Part shown: positions 38,348-53,157 of the stretch, piece after piece
Position numbering within the stretch: the stretch's first letter is position 1
How the letters are laid out: every line of letters starts with the position of its first letter
Assembly (NCBI RefSeq): GCF_006345805.1
Contig: NC_043006.1
Span: 38,936,001-39,000,000 of the forward strand
Source of the DNA: Octopus sinensis
Lineage: Eukaryota
Length of the DNA stretch: 64,000 nt
Direction: 5' to 3'
Program-made: the position numbers and the translations under genes
Notes under the pieces: model-generated
The model's input: the letters and a program-made list of their open reading frames with translations, nothing else
Told to the model about the DNA's origin: nothing
Databases searched by the model: none

Positions 38348-38564
38348 TGAGGGGATATTGAAAAGTTCCTGGTTCTGGATAAAAGAAAATACAGGAGGAT
38401 CCGTTAATTATAATTTTATTCAACATATTCCCCTCTCAGATTCACATACCTATTGCAACAATACCTTCAGTTTTTCTAAGCCCTGTGAAATAACTCAGAA
38501 GGTTGAGCCTCCAGCCAGGCCTTTTACAAAACCCTTAAAGCCAGGAACTTTTCAGTACCCCTCG
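38348..38564. mobile_element. Mariner-type MITE
   Basis: TA|TGAGGGGATATTGAAAAGTTCCTGG ... CCAGGAACTTTTCAGTACCCCTCG|TA. Confidence 0.85.
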
Positions 38565-39342
38565 TATATATATATATATATATATATATGCATGTCTGTG
38601 TATATATATATGCATGTCTGTATATATTTATATTTATATATATATATTATATATATATATATACACACACACATATATTTATGCATACACATATACACAC
38701 ACACACATATATTGTTTTTATTGGTGGAACTCAAAGTAGATGAAGCTATAAATCATATCAATGTAGAATATAGAATTTTAAAAAATTCTTCGACTGGAAA
38801 AAGTAGAAGTCTACATGAGAGGGGTAGCCTTCAACTTTTTCCATCCAAGCCATTACAATAACTTTATCTATTTCAAGTTTCACAATTTATTTCATATCTC
38901 TAGAAATTTCAGAAGTCTTACGATGTAAACAATATACATTTATTACACACGTAATATATATCATATATATTAGAAACCGCATATGTGTATATATATATAC
39001 ATATATAAAGATATCTGTGTGCAAGTGTGCTTGTGTAAAATTTGATATCCTTTGAATTTCTTTTACTCATCTTTCTCTTCATTCCTTTATTTGCCATAGA
39101 TAAAGAATATAACTTAAATCTTAGATCCTCTTCTATTTCTTTTCATTTGGCATATTTATTCTCATTGTACACATTCCCTGAAAGATATAGTACCATTATA
39201 TAGATTTTTCTGTGTTTTTTTTTCTGCCTTTTTTTTTTACTTGTCTAACTTTCTATATATTATTTAGTTATTTATCTCTTGTTTATTCATTTTAATATTT
39301 TCCCCAGCTTTTCTTGTGTGCTTCATACTTGTCATATGTGTC

Positions 39343-39385
<43 letters not shown>

Positions 39386-40872
39386 TCTAGAGATATATAT
39401 CAATAAAACACGTAAACAACAGCAAGGAGAAAATAAAGGAAGAGAAGCAGAGCTGTACTTTCAAATAAAAATACCCTGCCTGGAATATATATATACTGCA
39501 CTAAGTTGCACAGACAATCCCATGTCATCTTCATCATCAGAAGAGCAGTGAACCATTGATTGGCCAGTTGTAAACATGGAGCTAACAACACTACTATTAT
39601 TCAGAAAATGTGATATTAAAGAAAGATATTTTATAATCTAATATGCGTATGCATATGTATGTGTGTTTATGTGTGGATGTGCATGTGTAGGTGTGTCTAT
39701 GTGTATATATGCCCTTGTTTTGATATCGTGTGAGGGTTGTAAATGTGTTTCTCCGACATTGCTGTCATTGATAATTTCTCAAACACCTCATTTGCCCACT
39801 GACTTAACATGGAACATCGATATGGCTGGATGATCTGATAGAAACAGCAGCCAGTCTGTTGGAAATATTTTGAAAAAGTTTTTCAGTCTGCAGACAAATA
39901 GCTTGATGTAGTGATATGTTGTTTTCTCTGGCAGAATCTATGAGAGCCGTAGTTCTTTAATTCTTTCTCTCCTTTGCACCATCACAGAATCACTGCAAAG
40001 GTCAGAGCATTGCTCTTCTTCCTTCAAAGAAGCAATGGAATAAAACAGAAACCTAAAACAAGTAGAAGAACTAAGGAGCAGTAATTCAGCCAGAGTTTGT
40101 GTCAACTGCGAAAGTTCTTCAATTCCTCTGGCATTAAAAACATGGTTCAATACATAAAGTGCAGCCTCAACCAAAACTGCTCACTGAAGCACACAGTCCC
40201 AGTTGACATTTTTTACCAAATAAAAAGAAGAAAGAATTAATGACAGGAAGAGCATCTGGTTGTAAAACAAAACCTCAATAAATATATTTGTCTAAATGGA
40301 TCTAAAGCAAATGAACAAATGTGTGTGTGTGTGTGTGTGTGTTTGTTTGTGTATGTGTTTGTGTGTGTGTATGTGAATGTGTGCTTCTCAACCACTGCAT
40401 GGCACCTTGGGTCAGTCTTATACTATAGCCCCACCGTGTCCAAAGACTTGCGAGTGGATGGATTTAGTAGACAGGAACTGACAGAAGGGTGTCAGTGACC
40501 AATGGTTTTACATCCATAAAGTGCTTAGCTAAGTGTTTTACGGATGTGAAACCATTGGTCACTCTATGACCAGACATATATTTAAGTGCATATGAATACA
40601 TTACTGCTCTGCTCTTTAGAGTATGCTTCTTTATTGGATATATAATCCACTGACAATATATATATATATATATATCATCTTCATTCTCATCATCATCACC
40701 ACTTAATGTCTGTTGTTCATGCTTACATGGATTGGATAGTTTGACCAGGGTTGGTAAGCTGAGAGGCAGCCCCAAACACCAGTCTGATTTGGCACGGTCT
40801 CTACGGATGAATACCCTTCCTAACACCAACCACTTCAAGAGTGTAATCTCCATGTGTGTGTATATATATATA

Positions 40873-40910
<38 letters not shown>

Positions 40911-40944
40911 CACCACACACATATATATATATATATATATATAG

Positions 40945-40976
<32 letters not shown>

Positions 40977-41123
40977 ATCATCATCATCATCATTATACAC
41001 ACACACACACACACGTATATATAAAACTACCAACTTTAGTTTGAAGACAAAAGGTGTTCTTTGTTTATCATAATTTTGAAAAATAAAAAAGTATAAAAAA
41101 AACCACATTATTTATGGGATGAC

Positions 41124-41174
<51 letters not shown>

Positions 41175-42469
41175 TCATCATCATCATCATCATCGTTTAC
41201 GTCCGTTCTCCATGCTAGCATGGGTTGGATATATATATATATATATATATACATATATATACATATATATACATATATATGCATATATAGATAGCTAGAT
41301 GCACATACATACACACACACACCCTTATGTATGTGTATTTCTTTTAACCCCATTCTCTTTTTCCTCTAATTTTGAGAATCAATTTTCAGTTCTATGCTTC
41401 CATATTTATAAGGGTCAATACATACGAGGAAAAGACAAACAAACAATAGATAAATGTATGTATAATACTCCATAAAATAATTAAAACTGAAAATTACAAA
41501 GCAAATTCACCAGAAATTGATTTCAATCTGAAACAATTTTCGGTGCATTTTTTACAGGATTAGCCACAAGTCAAGTAGTATTAGGGGATTAGTATTAAAG
41601 GCAGTTGTATCCCTAAAGCTGAGATTAGAAATAGATGTTATTAATATTTGGCTATAAATAAATTAATAAAAGGAAATGAGGTACAAATAAATAAGAGTGC
41701 AAAAATTTTTCAAAGGGGACAGGGTTAGGGTATAGGGTAGAATGAAAAGACTTATAGAGATTATTGCAGCAATTAAACAATGAGAAAAGGGATCTATTAA
41801 AAAAAAAAATAATAGAAAAGACAAGAAAAGGGATCATAGAGAGAATCAAATGAAATTTAAAGGGAGACAGGGAGAGGCGAATTAGTATCAGGAATGTGGT
41901 TAAGACACAAGCTTATGTAGGTTAACTCCAGATTAAATTCAAGTGGTGCATTTTTATGGTATTGAAGTGACGAAGAGATTATTGGCAATTATTATGGTAA
42001 ATAATAACAATTGTTTTTAATTTAGACACAAATGTAGCAATTTTAAGGGGAATGGATTAGTTAGATTATATTGAGCCCAGTTCTTGATTGATATTTTAAT
42101 CTATCGATTCTGAAAGAGTGGAAGGCAAAATTTGACTTTAGCAGGATTTGAACTCAGAATATCAGGAAGAATCAGAACAAATACTGCATGACATTCTATC
42201 CAACACTTGAATGATTCTATTAATCATCATCATCATCATCATTTAAAATCTGTTTTCCATGCTGTCATGGGTTGGACAGTTTGATCCCCAGATTCCATTG
42301 TCCGTTTTGGGTATGGTTTCTACAGCTGGATTCCCTTCCTAACACCAACCAATCTACAGGGTACACAGTGTGCATTTTACATGGTACCAACACCAGTGTG
42401 CTTTACATGGTGGGGATTAGTATTGAGGGGATGTAGTTTGGTGCCAGTTAAGAGATTAATGGTATAGAG

Positions 42470-43113
42470 CAGCGTTTCTCAATTGGGGTTCCCCAAAACA
42501 CTAGGGTTCCGTAAAAGGTACCTAGGGGTTCTGCGAGAAAGAGTGAGATAAGCAAATTCTAATTTCAAGATCATAATATTACTATACATGTACGACATAT
42601 TGTTGGTTATTGTAATATTCTAATATAGACAACATCCTATCTAACCTATTAGGTTATCAAAACAATTTAACAACCATCATCATTGTCACCATCATCGTCG
42701 TTATTTAACATCCACCTTCCATGCTGGCATGAGTTGGATGGTTTGACTGAGGACTGGCAAGTCAGGAGGCTGTACCCAGCTCCAATCTGATCTGGCAAGG
42801 TTTCTACAGCTGGGTGCCCTTCCTAACACCAACTACTCTGAGAGTGTAGTAGGTGCTTTTTACATGCTGCTGGCATGGGAGCCAGTCAGATGACACTGGC
42901 AACAACCACGCTCGAATGGTGCTTTTTATGGGCCACCAGCACAGGAGCCATAAATGTGTGTGTGTGTGTGTGTATATGATATTTACCACGTGAACTATGA
43001 TGAAATAAATATGAGAAAAATGTAGCATATAATTCATTTTTGTGCAGGGGCTTCCTTGAGACATGTAATTTATTTTAAGGGTTATGCAAGGGCAAAAAGG
43101 TTGAGAAACACTG
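42470..43113. mobile_element. hAT/Charlie-like MITE with a nested family D copy (about 42675-42950)
   Basis: CAGCGTTTCTCAA ... TTGAGAAACACTG; flanks gtatagag / atgtagag. Confidence 0.8.
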
Positions 43114-44258
43114 ATGTAGAGGGACAGAGATATGGGTTTTGCTGTAGAGCAGCATAGAGTACTCATCACACAAACAACAACAACAACAACAAAAATCCTT
43201 TCTACTAATTGCACAAGGCCTGCAATTTTTGAGGGGAACAGGGCCAGTCAATTACATCGACCCAGAAAGGACAAAAGGCTTCCATCTCCTCTTGATTGAT
43301 GAAGAAAAGTGAAGGACTTCTTCACCTCAAAGGACCAGAACTGGTATCAGTGTAGGATCAAAAACCTGGCAGAAAGGGGGTTCCAGATGGTGCAATACGA
43401 TGGCCTTTACTTGGAAGGCTAGGCTGGTTTTGTTGTAAATTGAAGAATAATGCCAAAATATTACTAAAATATTGCAGATCTTTTTGATTCAATGTAGAAT
43501 TGGGATTTTGAATTTATTCTTTTTGGTTTATTTCTTTGTTCCAAGAAATGTTGCTGAGTTTGAAAGGTTTGTGAGAATTAAGATATAAATTTGACTAAAA
43601 AGTGGACTGTGGCGGCAAGTATTTGGGATTTAGCAGAGATCTGTGATTAGGGAATTGGTTCTGGAAATATAGCTTTGAATATATTCAAATATATTCATTG
43701 ATATCAGTTCTTGAGCTCGTTAACCAATTCTAGAATCAGGGGAATATGGATGGAATGGATAATTAGAGAGAGAAAGAGAGAGAGGGGGAGAGAGAGGTAT
43801 AAAGAGAGAGAAAAGATGGAGGAATAAGGAAAAAGTGGGAAATGAAGAGAAGACAAGAAAAGGAGGAGAGATAGAGAGAGGCATTAATGGAAAGAAATAG
43901 ATTGTGGATGAGAAAGATGAAAGAAAATGGGGTAAACACAGAAAGCGATAAAGGAGGTGAGAGAGAGAGAGAGAGTGAGAAATATACAAAGTGAGGGAAA
44001 GAGAGAATGATGTATAGAGAGAAGGGGGGACAAATAGGGAGAGAGAGAGTAAGAGAGAAAGACAGAGGGAAGAAAAGAGAGAGACAAAGAGAACTGGAAT
44101 GAGAATAGCAAAGAAAGAAGACAAAAGAAAAATGGAGAGGATATATATATGTGTGTGTGTATGTATAAACCTACACACACATCTATATACATATACACAC
44201 ATACATATATAAATACATACATATATACGTACATACATATGTATGTGTGTGTATGTAT

Positions 44259-44313
<55 letters not shown>

Positions 44314-45323
44314 TACAGACATCTATATGCATATATATATCATATACACTTCCACACACAAGCTTATTTATACATATATATAGACTTTACAGCTAGATGC
44401 TCTTCCAGTCTCCAACATGTACCTGCTTTTCAATTACTTTCTCTCCCACAGCTTTTCAAATTGCAAAGCAACCAGTATATATATATATACACACACACAG
44501 AAGGGGTGGGGGATAGGACCATTAATTCAGCACCTACAAGACCATGATGATGCCAGACTATCAGATATCCTGGTGTATTGGTACCCACTGTAAAAAAACT
44601 CAACAAAATCATTTATTTATTTTTTTTAACTTGGCAGCCTGTTTTCTAATTTCTATTCACTGGACAAATTAGCTCTCCAAATTACATCGTCATATTCTAA
44701 AGTTCCAAAACCATCCAACTGTAAGCAGATATGTCACTGCAACCTGCGTATCTTAGAGTAATTGCTGAGCATTTTTCAACAACCATTGATTTTGAAATCC
44801 GCATTCTCTTGGATCATTTTCTACATGTCCTTTGAATGGTACTGCATGCAGTTCTAAAACTTAGCTTTTGTTTGTTTGGATCACTGGACTGTGGCCATGC
44901 TGGGGCACAGTTTTGGAGGACTTAGTTGCCCAAATTAATCTCGGTGCTAATTGTGTTTTAAAAATCTGATACATATTCTGTATTTCTTGTTTGCTGAACC
45001 GATGAGTTATGTTGATGCAAATAAACCAACACCGGCTGTCATGTGGTGGAAAGACAAACACACACACACATATGAAGGACTGACACACAGTTTCCATCTA
45101 CCAAATTCACTCACAAGGCACCGTCTAGACAGGAACTACAGCAGAAGAATGCACAGTAGGATTGAACCTGTAACCACATGGTTACAAAGCAAGCTTCGTC
45201 TATATGCATGTATGTGTGCGTGTGTGTATATATAGAAAGAGAGAAAGCGGGATATGAATATGACTACATGTTTTCATGTGTCATATGAACATATATACAT
45301 GTATAAGTGTGTGCGCATGTGTT

Positions 45324-45356
<33 letters not shown>

Positions 45357-45372
45357 CTGTGTGTGTATAAGA

Positions 45373-45418
<46 letters not shown>

Positions 45419-45542
45419 CATAAGGTAATATTCTTCCTGAATATACATGCTTTGAAATTATATATATATGTATGTGCATGCATGTATGTATATATATATG
45501 TATGTAAGTATGTATATGTGTATGTACGTATATATGTTTATA

Positions 45543-45582
<40 letters not shown>

Positions 45583-46344
45583 CATATGTGCATATCTATC
45601 AATCTATCTATCTAATTATCTATCTATATATATATATCTGTGTGTGTATAAGATGATATATATATATATATACATATATATGTATATCTGTGTGTGTGTT
45701 TATATTATATATATATATACACACACACACATGTTTATGATATAAGATATAATATATACATGTATATATACATAATATATGTTTATACTTATATGTTTTA
45801 TATATATATATTTATGTATATATGGTAAAATGAAATGGGGTGAGAACAATCTTCCATTGCATGTGTCATGTTAACCTGAATGCAATGCAAAGCCGAAGTT
45901 AATGAAGAGTGTGGCTGATCATTAATGGCATTGGTTGGTGTATGCAAGAGAAATAACCATAATCACACGGACATGTTATGCAAATAGCAGATTAGTGCAA
46001 AGTTAAAAAGACAAAAAAAGACCAAACAAAACAAAATATGAAAGATATAATTGCAAACAAACTATCAGGGAAAGATACTTAAAGAAGACACGAAGATGAA
46101 ATAGCAAATGTTAGATCACTTAATATTTGCTGTTATTGATGAAGGATTGTGATGAATGGTGATAGGGATGTTGGAAGCCCCATCTAAGTGGCCCATGGTA
46201 GCATGGGAGGGTAGATGTTAATTTGTTAATGGTAATTGGTAGAGTGATGACAAAGCTCATTGATGTTTGATGATGGTGTTGCAGTGTGTGTATATATATA
46301 TATATTTATATATAACGTATGTATGTATAATGGATGTAGGTATG

Positions 46345-46935
46345 CATGTATGTCATTGTTCAGTTTTATTTCAAGATTTCTTGCCAACAGAGAAAGAGCC
46401 GGTTTCTAACCTAGATCCAAGACTCCTTCATTGGAATTTCAACATCAGCAACAGGGAATTTTTGTATGTGTGTATGTATATATGTATGTATGTATATATG
46501 TGTGTGTGTATGTATGTATGTATGTATGTATGTATGCGTGTGTGTGTATGTATATGCAGATTTGTATGTTTTATGTATGTATTCTCATGCATATAGTTGC
46601 ATATCTTGACACACTCATATATATTTAAATGATAAACTGGAAAGTTTCACAAAATTTTACAGTTCCAGTGATGGATTTTATCTGTAGTCTTCGAATTAGC
46701 TTTCTCCTTTATGGTTTTGAGAAGCCTGATTTCTCAAGATTGTTATTTAGTATGTTACATATCCCAGGTCCCCAATAATTACAGGTATAAACCGAAAGTT
46801 GTGATCTGGATAGAGTAACTTCAAATTTCTCAATAGGTGTTCTCTTTTTCACTGATCTTCAGCTTTATGTTAACATCTGCTGGACAGCTAATTTCTACAA
46901 CTGTACACAGTTTCTCTACTCTATCTCAAATTTTT
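46345..46935 (-). mobile_element. R4/Dong-like RLE element, second 5'-truncated copy
   Basis: Minus strand DRVEKLCTVVEISCPADVNIKLKISEKENT; aligns with 463-1005. Confidence 0.85.
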
Positions 46936-47049
46936 AAATCATGTCTGTTGTGCATACATTTTACTGAGGTCTTCACTGGAACATTCCATCTGTACTTATT
47001 TTTATTATGAGTGGCTGTGTATGTGTGTATACATATAAGTATGTATTCA

Positions 47050-47565
47050 GGCATGACTGTGTAGTAAAAAGCGTGCTTCTCAAATGCATATTGCCTGGGT
47101 TCAGTCCCACTATGTGGTACCTTGGGCAAGTGTCTTCCACTAAGGCTATGGACCAATCTAAAGCCTTCTGAAAGGATTTGGTAGACAGAAACTAGGCATG
47201 GCTGTGTGGTAAAAAACTTGCTTCCCAACCACATGGTTCTGGGTTCAGTCCTTCTGCGTGCCACCTTGGGCAAGTGTCTTCTACTATAGCCTAGGGCTGA
47301 CCAAAGACTTGTGAGTGAATTTGATAGTTGGAAACTGAAAGAAGCCCATTGTATATTTGTATGTATTTGTGTGTTTTTGTGTGTTTGTCCCTCCACCATC
47401 ACTTGGTGTGTTTACATCATCATAATTTTGTGGTTCAGCAAAAGAGACTGATAGAGTAATACTAGGCTTACAAAGAATAAGTCCAGGGGTAGATTTATTC
47501 AACTAAAAGGTGGTGCCCCAGCATAGCCACAGTGAGAATGACTGAAGCCAGTAAAAGAATAAAAC
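47050..47565 (+). mobile_element. Family A SINE with duplicated head
   Basis: Head at ~47050-47193 repeated at ~47195-47345, followed by one 3' half. Confidence 0.75.
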
Positions 47566-47894
47566 AATGTACGTATGTATGTATATATATATGTGTGTGT
47601 GTGTTTTTCTCCACCACCACTGCAGTAACTTAGCTGTTTGGCAAAAAGAGACTGACAGAACATGCACCAAGATTTTTTTTTAAATGCTAAGTATTGGAAT
47701 TGATTTGTGCAACTAAACCTTTCAAGGTGGTGCCCCAGCATGGCCGCAGTCTGATGACTGAAACAAGTAAAGGATAACTGATAAAATATATCCTCAGCAT
47801 CTTATTTGCTTCAAGGTATTCACTCATCATCATCATCATCATCATCATCATAATTATTTAACGTCTGTTGTCCATACTGGCCTGCGTTCAGATT

Positions 47895-48104
47895 GCATGA
47901 AAACCTTAAAACGAAGCTGATGCTGATGAATTTTTTTCATCTATTATGGTGGTCTTAAATGTGAAATTGTGGCAATATATGACAATTGAATTCCTTTATA
48001 GAGACCTGTTGAAAGTTAGTGAGAAAATCAGGCAAAAACAGCTGCAACTATCTGGATACTGCATGTGTCACCCTGAACTGGAGGCATTGAAATCAGTCTC
48101 ATGA
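47895..48104 (+). mobile_element. RTE-clade LINE RT C-terminal fragment
   Basis: MVVLNVKLWQYMTIEFLYRDLLKVSEKIRQKQLQLSGYCMCHPE matches the RTE pattern LNVxWxxHxTNxxLYxxLPKVSxKIxxRRLRLAGHCxRHPE. Confidence 0.75.
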
Positions 48105-48414
48105 TGATGTAAGAACAGGAAGCAGTTCTATATTGAAGAGATGAGGAATTATGTACATTATTTACATTATTTACATTTGACGGATATTTGTCCTCATCTT
48201 GTTTGTTGTTAACACGTTTTGGCTGATATAGTCTCCAGAGCCTTCAGCCCAATGGTTCCCAGCATAGGTCCAAATGACCCTTGGGGTGGGGGTCCATATA
48301 TATATATATATATATACTTTTGCTAAAATTTATGTGCAATAAGATCGGTTTTATCTCTATGATACACAAAATTTTTAATTCAATTCCGAATGATATTTAA
48401 TTACATAAATAACT

Positions 48415-48950
48415 TTGATAGGTTTTGGCCAGTATAGGCCCAGTCCATGTCTAACTCAATAGCATCATCTGGTGAAGTCTTTTTTTAAAGTCATATATGG
48501 GGCACCATAGCCCGCTCTGACAAAGAGTTATTATGGTCGGAGACATATCCGGGTGTAGGAGGTTGGTCCAGGAAATTTGACCAGTAAACATTTGAATTTT
48601 ATGGGATCCATTTCCATTTTGACGTATTTTGGTATGGTATTAAAGAGAGCTGGACTGGTTGAGGTAAAGTAATTGTGACATAATGTTGCTATGTTTACCA
48701 AGTTTGATTTTTGTAGTGGGCAGAAAGCATGGGGTCCAAGTTTTGGATGGATTTAAAAATTGATGCCAACATCATTTGTGCAATATTAATGGAATATTTT
48801 CCACGTAACACAAATGATGCAGCACTCCCAGCGGCGTTGTAGAGAGTAGAGATTGAGTTTTTTTTGTCGATCCCAATAATCAATGCCTCTCATGCTATCT
48901 ACCTTTCTTGTTATGGACCTCTGGAGTGCTTCTACTTTCATAATGAGTTT
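48415..48950 (-). mobile_element. CR1-group LINE 3' fragment, nested in a hAT-like MITE (about 48251-49007)
   Basis: Minus strand KVEALQRSITRKVDSMRGIDYWDRQKKLNLYSLQRRWE...WKI...SPALFNTIP; flanked by CAATGGTTCCCA and TTGAGAAACACTG. Confidence 0.8.
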
Positions 48951-49553
48951 CAGGAATCAAAGCATGCCATAGGTAAAAAAAAAAAAAAAAATTGTTGAGA
49001 AACACTGAACTCAACCCATGATAGAATAGAAAAGCAGACATTAATCGATGATGATGATGATGATGATGCAGTGATGATGATGGTGATAATGGTGATGATG
49101 ATGATGGTAAGGAAAGTACTGGTCAGTCTAAAACTACGCTAAAAGCAGCAAGCCAAAATTTCCATGTTACGAGAGTGAACTGAGAACTTTTATATAAAAC
49201 TGTAAACTGAAAATGATAGCAGAGCCAAATCTGCAGTGCAGACCTTGGAATTAAAGACTTAGGCAGACAAAAGCTGGCAACTGGATGTCTGTGGAATCAG
49301 ACAATAAGACAGATATCTTACAAACTAACAACTTTTCAAAAGCTGTGTCATAACAATACTTTAGAATTAGTAATTTTAGAGAATTTGGCAAGCCAAGTCT
49401 AAATAATTCTAATTCATTATCTCTAATGACCCAGACTGTGGACTTAATAGTTGAGTTAGTTACACAAGTCTCAGGTGTCTTTGAGCTGTACGTACAATGT
49501 AGAATTTTGCTTTGGTGAACATGATTCACACACACACAGACACACACACACAG

Positions 49554-49586
<33 letters not shown>

Positions 49587-49826
49587 TACAGATGCACACA
49601 TACACAAACAAGAAAATGTTTTTGAAACAAGTTGTAGTTTTTATTTATTCATGTAAATCTGGTGATTCACTCCACATTTCTTGCTTTTCTGCATTCACAC
49701 AAAAGCTCAAACCAAACACACACACACACACATATACATACATACATACATACATACATACATACATACATACATACATACATACATACATAAACACATA
49801 CATACATACATACATACATACATACA

Positions 49827-49862
<36 letters not shown>

Positions 49863-49946
49863 TATATTGGGCCTGATGAAGCCTTCTGGCTTCACAGACC
49901 CCAGTAGAACCGTCCAACCCATGCTAGCATGGAAAACGGACGCTAA

Positions 49947-49982
<36 letters not shown>

Positions 49983-50089
49983 GGCTTCTTTCACTTTCCA
50001 TCTACCAAATCCACTAACATGGCTTTAGTTGGTCCGAGGCTATAAAAGAAGATACTTGCCCATGGTGCCACACAGTGGAACTGAACCCA

Positions 50090-50697
50090 TAACCAAGAAG
50101 ACATGGGATGAAATGGTGAAGCATGACCTTTGAATGCTGGGCCTCACAGAGGCAATGACAAAAGACCAAGACTTCTGGCGATATGCTGTGACTGAGAAGA
50201 CCTGGCAAATAAAGTGAGTTCACAGCTGTAACCTACACCAGTGTCACATAACCAGCCCACTCAAAAGTACCTTGGATCGTATGGTGACATGCTGTGCTTC
50301 AGGAGACCTATTGAGTCAAGTACATCAACATCAACAGCAATATCAAAATCAAATCAAATGGAAATTATAGCTGTGATCCCTGTGCTGGTAGCACGTAAAA
50401 AGCAGCATCTGAACATGGCTGATGCCAGTGCTGCCTTGACTGGCTTCAGTGCTGGTGGCACGTATAAAAGCCCCAACCAATCATGGTCATTGCAGCTTCC
50501 TTGCCGGTGGCACATAAAAAGCATCCACTACACTCTTGGAGTAGTTGGCGTTAGCGAGGGAATCCAACTGTAGAAACACTGCCACATCAGCTGGAGCCTG
50601 GTGCAGCCTCCTAGCTTCCCAGACCCCAGTCGAACCATCCAACCCATGCCAGCATGGAAAACGGACATTAAACAATGATGATGATGATGATGATATT
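50090..50697 (+). mobile_element. Family D, longest copy in the window
   Basis: 5' region, subrepeats and (GAT)n tail. Confidence 0.8.
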
Positions 50698-51694
50698 GAT
50701 GATCTTCCAAAAAATATATTTGGTTAAACCCAGTTGGCATCAGGATTGTTTTTAACAATCCATTTACATGGATATTGCTTCCTCAAATACTGTATATATA
50801 TACATACAATGGGCTTTTTTCAGTTCTCATCTACCAAATCCACTCACAAGGCTTTGGTCAGCCTGAGGCTTTAGTAGAAGACACTTGCCCATGATGTCAC
50901 ACAGTGGGACTGAACTTGGAACCATGTGGTTTGGAAGCAAGCTTCTTACCACACTTCCACACCTATGCCTATAATAAATATATATATGTATTCCTCAATG
51001 ATTTAAGAAGCTGCGATGAGTGACAGTTCTGTAAATAATAATATTTTATAAGCTAATATTTATGTATAAATATTGAACAGTGAGAATGAATGTTCAACAC
51101 TACATTGGTGGATAAATATTCTATTTTGGGGATATACAGACTGCAATTGGTTACTTGTTGTGTGTACACATACGCCACAGACACACACATGCAGAGGAAG
51201 ACACATATACACACAAGTATGGCCTCACATAAGTTAAAATATATATACACCCGCAAACATAAGTTTGCAGAGCATATATTTAACGATAAAAAAAAAACAA
51301 CAGCACATTAACAAACTTGTTGTTATGCTCATAGATGCTTAAGACAAATAATACTGTTCTGTGCATAAGAATGAAGACACGTGTACACACACACACACAC
51401 ACATGTTGCAAGGAGATAAACACAACACACACATGCAGCACACACACACAAATATGCATAGAAAAATTGTTACTAAGAATAATGAACGAAGTTTTTGTTT
51501 GAGATTGGTGAAATTTTATATCATTTAAGAATTTTCTAATTATGGTTGAGTTTAATAGAACAAATGGCTTGACAAACACACACATACACATGCAAATACT
51601 TGCACATACATATATATATATACATACAAATACAGCAAGAGAAATGGATAAACAAGCTGTACACACACGTGTATGCATACACACACACACATAC

Positions 51695-51727
<33 letters not shown>

Positions 51728-51870
51728 CCTATCATGTACACATGTATAGATTTATATATATTATATATATGTGGTTTGCATGTGAGGATATCTCTATACA
51801 TATATCTATAGACACATACGTATACATGTGAGTGTGTATGCACATATATGTATATATATATATATATATA

Positions 51871-52385
51871 TACATATCTACACACATCTATATTTTTATG
51901 GCTTTATGCATGTGTCTATTGGACAATAAAGACACATGAGTATGTAATTAATTAAAATATCTAATAAAATATTGACTTAAAACTATGATACATAAAATAA
52001 AAGGCACTAAAAACAACACAAAAGCATATATATATACATGTGTGTGTGTATATCATCATCATCATGTGTGTATATAAAATAATATAGTAATATATGAAAA
52101 GAGAGAAAAACTCAGAGTGAGACTTGTTATTGGTTAATGTTTTGAAAGTAGCCAGATAATTTTGTGTGGGTTGTATTGAGCTGGGGTCTATTAGTGGTGA
52201 ATGTTTTCGTCAATAAATGTTTCATATACAAAGACAAAGAACACATTTACATAATTTTATGTGTACATATGGTGTGTGCATGTGTTAGCGTGTGTGTGTA
52301 CATACATACATACATATATATACATATATACTATATATATCATGTACATATATATATATATATATATAGATTATATTACATGTAC

Positions 52386-52434
<49 letters not shown>

Positions 52435-52911
52435 CTACACATCATCTATATTTTTATGGCTTTATGCATGTGTCTATTGGACAATAAAGACACATGAGTA
52501 TGTAATTAATTAAAATATCTAATAAAATATTGACTTAAAACTATGATACATAAAATAAAAGGCACTAAAAACAACACAAAAGCATATATATATACATGTG
52601 TGTGGTGTATATCATCATCATCATGTGTGTATATAAAATAATATAGTTATATATATGAAAAGAGAGAAAAACTCAGAGTGAGACTTGTTATTGGTTAATG
52701 TTTTGAAAGTAGCCAGATAATTTGTGTGTGGGTTGTATTGAGCTGGGGTCTATTAGTGGTGAATGTTTTCGTCAATAAATGTTTCATATACAAAGACAAA
52801 GAACACATTACATAATTTTATGTGTACATATGGTTGTGCTGTGTACAAGTGTTAGCGGTGTGTGTATATACATACATACATAATATATACATATATATAT
52901 ATATATATACA

Positions 52912-52942
<31 letters not shown>

Positions 52943-52985
52943 TATACATGTACATATAATATATATATATATATTATTATATATA
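51871..52985. repeat. Tandem direct duplication, period ~557 bp
   Basis: tacatatctacac...catctatatttttatggctttatgcatgtgtctattggac begins at 51871 and again at 52428. Confidence 0.95.
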
Positions 52986-53122
52986 TATTATATATACATA
53001 TAATTTGATATAGTGAGAGAGAGAGAGAGATTAGAAAGAGAGAAAGTGTGATAAAGATCTGCATATATGTAAAACTTTACATATATAAATATATATATAT
53101 ATAATCTATAAATGTATATATG

Positions 53123-53157
<35 letters not shown>

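Noticed and set aside
43270-43750. Possible Penelope RT/linker remnant on the minus strand (also 41570-41990)
   Set aside because: Only faint motif resemblance with many stops; not supportable without an alignment.
49870-49900. CTGATGA followed by a gaagcc/ggcttc hairpin in family D (also ~25565-25590, minus)
   Set aside because: No GAAA after the stem, and other family D copies read ctggtgca; a chance match.
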